Shown here: one piece after another, positions 60,301 through 64,000 of the stretch
How the letters are laid out: each line of letters begins with the position of its first letter
How positions within the stretch are numbered: position 1 is the first letter of the stretch
From: Podarcis tiliguerta
Taxonomy: Eukaryota
Length of the DNA: 64,000 nucleotides
Reading direction: 5' to 3' (one strand)
Assembly: GCA_965153285.1 (NCBI GenBank)
Contig: OZ229115.1
Notes under the pieces: model-generated
The model's input: the letters and a program-made list of their open reading frames with translations, nothing else
What the model was told of the DNA's origin: nothing
The model's database searches: none
Made by a program: the position numbers and the translations under genes

Positions 60301-62274
60301 GCACGGGCAGCTTGCGGCAGGGACTCAAGCAGGCAGGGCCGTAGTGCACCACAGCCTCAGCGCCCACGTGCTCTGCTGCCACTTCATCCACACAACAGCT
60401 AAAGAAAAGCAACAGCATTAGCTATGGAGGGCAGCTTTCCTCAAAACACCTACCACCTCTATCAGACAGAAAAATGCTTCCTTTGTAGTAAATGGATTAC
60501 CATTGTAGAGACTGGATTTCCCCTGTCACCAGCTCACTCAGCATGCAAGGAGCCCCAGGCCTGACAGCAGATGGGAAAAATACTCTGTTACCAACACCCA
60601 AGATGCAGGAACTGGGGAGCAACTAATGATCCCAAAGTCCTACTCTCTTGTCATAAATAGTACCCCCACCCCAGCAGAGGCAGTCAAGAGACTGCTGAAC
60701 ATCCAGAGGCTGTCATATTGCTACAGAACCCCTTGAAAATGCAAGCCTGCAGTATAGTCCTATGCATGTTCTCAGCACTAAGTTCCATGTTTTCAATGAG
60801 GCTTACTCCCAAGTGTCTATAGGACTACGGCCTGAGCTTCTATCATGTGTTTATGTGGAAGGAGGTTCCTGCTGTGACCTCACCTGCCGTATGATGTGTC
60901 CCCCAGAATGTACATTTTGGCACCAGTTGCTGCTTCCATCTTGCTAGCAAGGCTTGCTGAATCTGGCAAGAGTTCATCAGGAAACTGAAGAGCAACCTAC
61001 AAAACAAACCCAAGATAATTATTCAGGACATGTCCACTGTACACAGCTAGCAGTACTGTGGGTTTCCTGGGGAATTAGGCTTTGAAGAAAAAGGTCCCAT
61101 CCACAAGGACAGGATTTTTTCTTGTAAGTCTAATTGCCATGGGGCGAGGGGTTTGAAGGGTGAGGGTGGCAGCACTGGGGAGAGGGTTAATTTACCCCCC
61201 CCCCAAATCTGCATTGTGACTCCCTCAAAAACCTGCATACTGAGTGAAATGAATTTCCTCTAAGCTTAATCGCAGCAGGGAAGGGCAAAGAGCAAAAGCA
61301 AAAAAAGGAGGAAGAATGGGTGGGGAGAGAGAATAGAATGGATGGACATACACGTGTAAGCAGTGATGTGGGTTTGCCAGTCAATTCTGAACTGGAACAA
61401 AATCCTTCGAAAATTAGGATAGTGTGAACAGGGCAATATGTGATGGCCTTCAACAGGTGGACTTGGACCCACTGGTGGGTCATGGCCTGATCCAAGATGG
61501 GTCACAACAGGAGCATAACCACCATGCAAACATATGATAAAAGATTAAGAAATAGTTTTCCATATGTATGTTGGGGTTAAAAGTGGGTCCTGGGTCTGAA
61601 AAGGTTGAAGAATACCTGCCTTAGAGAAGGGTCTAATTTGGTATTTTTATTTTACTTGTATTTAGCAAACAAGAGCTAAAAACTTGAAACTGCCAAGTTT
61701 GCCTAATGCTGTATTTGCAACTGGCATCCATTGTTGATCGTGACCTTATGAAACATATTTTTTCCTTGTGGAAAAATAAAGCACCAGAAAGTCCACCTCA
61801 CATCACTGGTGAAAAGGAAAAGGTGGGGGGAGAAGAGATGTGCCTTGGGCGGCCTCAGCTCTCCCATCGCTGGCATGTTCCCCCTCGGAGATATGGCCCT
61901 TGGGGGAGGATTCCACATCTCTGCCTTAAATACTGTAGTGTGTGAGCTGCTTCTACATATTTATTTGTTTGACATACTTGGTAAACAAAACTTTTTTAAA
62001 GTCCCCCATATTTTGTGCCCCAATACTTGATTATTTGGGGCGGGGATGTCCACTAACTCTAGGGGAAGAACTGACATTCATGCCTGTAGCTTTCTGGCAA
62101 AAGGGCAAACTACTGTCTCACCTTAGTGAAGCCATTATCAGATACAAATGCAGCTGCTCTCTCCAGTTCATAGAACTCTTCCAGCCTGGTGGTTGGGGGA
62201 CGTCCACTTGCTTCTGCAGGAATCACAACCCGCTGCATAACCTCAGCACCATCACTGCTGAATGCTGTTGCCAT
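57222..62274 (-). CDS. DPH2: Diphthamide biosynthesis protein 2; complement(join(57222..57346,57721..57903,58703..59335,60178..60398,60884..60996,62122..62274)), 475 aa
   Basis: MATAFSS...[10 protein letters not shown]...[19 protein letters not shown]...[27 protein letters not shown]...RSWRGLE...[12 protein letters not shown]; 1428 nt in frame with GT-AG introns. Confidence 0.96.
57721..57903 (-). CDS. DPH2: DPH2 coding exon 5
   Basis: GACAHTPF...[10 protein letters not shown]...ESSPA; phase 1/1. Confidence 0.9.
58703..59335 (-). CDS. DPH2: DPH2 coding exon 4
   Basis: DNLAALL...[10 protein letters not shown]. Confidence 0.95.
59469..59574. mobile_element. Internally deleted MITE (actacaactccc family)
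   Basis: ctgtgatggggaac...gttccccatccctg, near-TSD gtttaaag/atttaaag. Confidence 0.6.
60178..60398 (-). CDS. DPH2: DPH2 coding exon 3
   Basis: [13 protein letters not shown]...EVAYFHSL. Confidence 0.95.
60884..60996 (-). CDS. DPH2: DPH2 coding exon 2
   Basis: [38 protein letters not shown]; read manually, not in the ORF track. Confidence 0.93.
62122..62274 (-). CDS. DPH2: DPH2 first coding exon
   Basis: Perfect Kozak gccaccATGg; [12 protein letters not shown]...[18 protein letters not shown]|gtgaga; AG acceptor 6 nt upstream of ATG. Confidence 0.92.
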
Positions 62275-62616
62275 GGTGGCCTATATCCAAACTACAAAAA
62301 TACAAGGTGATGCTCGTCCGCATAGCAATATCCCACTACTAGCAAGATGCTGGATGAGAATGGTCCTGAGCGTCAGTTCTCCAAGGTCACATTTATAGGA
62401 TCATATTCTATATTAATCAGTAGGGAACCGACATAGCTAAAACCCTTTGTATCCATGTTTCTAATCACTAACACTGATTAGAATGCCTCCTTCATTCAGA
62501 AACATGTACTGAAATGGGTTTGGAGAGACACAAGAAAATGGAACTGAAGTGGCTTGGGAAACAGAAGAACTCAGGAAGGCTCCTTACACAAAGACAGACC
62601 ACCAGTCTCTCTAGTT

Positions 62617-62752
62617 CAGGGATAGGCAAACTCGGCCCTCCAGAAGTTTTGAGACTACAATTCCCATCATCCCCGACCACTGGTCTTGTTAGCTAGGGAT
62701 GATAGTAGTTGTAGTCCCAAAACATTTGGAGGGCCGAGTTTGCCTATGCCTG
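62617..62752. mobile_element. Palindromic hAT MITE (actacaactccc family) in DPH2 intron 1
   Basis: cagggataggcaaactcggccctcc...ggagggccgagtttgcctatgcctg; perfect TSD ctctagtt. Confidence 0.9.
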
Positions 62753-62941
62753 CTCTAGTTCCATGTTGTCAAGAGGACTGACTGGCATTTCGGGCAGAAG
62801 CATTTCTCAACCTTACCTGGAACTGCCAGGAATTGAATCTGGAACCCCTTTGCACACAAAACAATTGTATCCCCCCGCCCCCCTGCCCGCCCGCCATAAG
62901 AAACATTAACTACTGTGCCCCATTACTGTCACTCTACTCAC

Positions 62942-63060
62942 CTAGAGGACCCCCCAACATCCACCACATGGCCACCAATACACTTCCTGGGTGGGGTTAA
63001 AGGCACCCAGGAAGTGTATTTCCCTATCAGAACGCGTCTTTTTTCTATCGCTTCGCTTCT
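62942..63060 (-). other. DPH2: Probable DPH2 5' non-coding exon (5' end unknown)
   Basis: Consensus donor TAG|gtgagt after 62942 at the CpG-island edge; the ATG exon has its own acceptor. Confidence 0.6.
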
Positions 63061-63345
63061 CTTTCTCTCTCCTACGTCATTAGCGGGAAGCTTTGCAGCC
63101 AATAAAAGATCCCGACACAGCAAGGCCCTCGGAAAGTAGAATAAACGGGAAGCCTATCAGCGCGGTGCATTGTGGGGGTTGGAGTTTCGCCTTCCTCCCA
63201 TCCGACCAATCATTCCAGCCGGCGAAAGGCGTCAGATAAACTTCGTCTGGTCACGTGGAGCGTGGTTCCCGTCATTCTGTGGGTCAGGTGATTCCCGGTC
63301 GCGTTCAGTCCGTGCTGAGGACTCGCCGCCGCCGCCGCCGCCGCC

Positions 63346-63412
63346 ATGTCCGGGCTCGCGCTGCTGTATTCGGGACTGGGGCTGACCGCGGCCGCCACCA
63401 TCACCGGCATTG
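63346..63412 (+). CDS. ATP6V0B: V-ATPase V0 subunit b (21-kDa proteolipid c''), exon 1; gene continues beyond the window
   Basis: gccgccATG; MSGLALLYSG matches human MTGLALLYSG; 67-nt phase-1 exon with G|gttagt donor; neighbour of DPH2. Confidence 0.85.
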
Positions 63413-64000
63413 GTTAGTACTTTCAACGGGGAGCTGGGAGCGCCGCTGCGAGGGCCAACGCCGCTTTGCCGAAATCCTCCTCTCCCCTCCCTTCGCCGGG
63501 GCTGTGTGCGGTTATACGCAAAGGAAATGGCTGTGGGAAATGGCTTGTCGTGGGCGGGCGGGGGGCGCAGGGCGCTGGGGGTGGGATGCCGCCCTCCAGG
63601 CTCAGCGAATGTTTTTGGGTGCTTCTTGATCCGCGGTGCTGCCTTGCCCTACCCTAGTTTGTCCATCAGGCTGTTCTCGGGGTTGGGGGGCGAGGCGACA
63701 TCCCTGCTGAGGGGAGACTCGCATCCTCCTGCTTGCGCGGGGAGAGCCGTTTTGTCTTCAGGGGGTGGTCCGGAAGATACTGTACTTGGTTCTCCTTGTC
63801 CATGACCTTCTCATAGGGAAGGTTTCCGGAGGGGCCCTCGCATGTGGGTTTCCCACGGCAGGCCCACCTCTTGTCGTTCTTGGTCTCAAAAATAAAAATA
63901 GTTTAAGAGACGACTCCAGACTTCCACCATATTGGGCTCTGTGGTGCTCAGTTTGCTTCCTCATCTGTGAAAGCAGCGAAAAGGCGAGGGGTGGGGAAAG

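Larger units (their letters stand above)
62860..63800. promoter_or_regulatory. Bidirectional CpG-island promoter DPH2/ATP6V0B
   Basis: ETS dyad at 62977-63020, CRE-like tacgtca ~63073, CCAAT at 63099 and 63206, CLEAR/E-box gtcacgtgg at 63250-63258. Confidence 0.8.

Noticed and set aside
63170-63805. ORF-track ORFs over the right-hand CpG island
   Set aside because: GC-rich spurious ORFs; the real coding segment is the 67-nt ATP6V0B exon 1, which the track does not list

Overview
This is vertebrate genomic DNA, most likely a squamate (lizard, plausibly lacertid), judging by its SINE, CR1, L2 and hAT-MITE content. It is the ARTN-IPO13-DPH2-ATP6V0B syntenic block. Splice sites and reading phases were traced by hand. 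ARTN (+) has 3 coding exons (7172-8948, ~234 aa). IPO13 (+) has all 20 coding exons (13639-51420, 960 aa). DPH2 (-) has 6 coding exons (62274-57222, 475 aa) plus a probable 5' non-coding exon. The first coding exon of ATP6V0B (+) is at 63346-63412. Three CpG-island promoters, many non-autonomous hAT and Tc1/mariner elements with intact TSDs, CR1/L2 fragments, SINEs and a 200-N assembly gap are also present. No new protein family or prokaryote-type system is visible. The most interesting signals are regulatory: (1) DPH2 is inverted relative to the human/mouse order as I recall it and shares a compact bidirectional promoter with ATP6V0B carrying a CLEAR-like E-box and a perfect 17-bp ETS-dyad inverted repeat; (2) candidate poison (NMD) splicing flanks IPO13 exon 15; (3) a polyproline uORF lies in frame with IPO13; (4) a palindromic MITE family carries the same ZNF143/THAP11-type 16-mer found in the IPO13 promoter.
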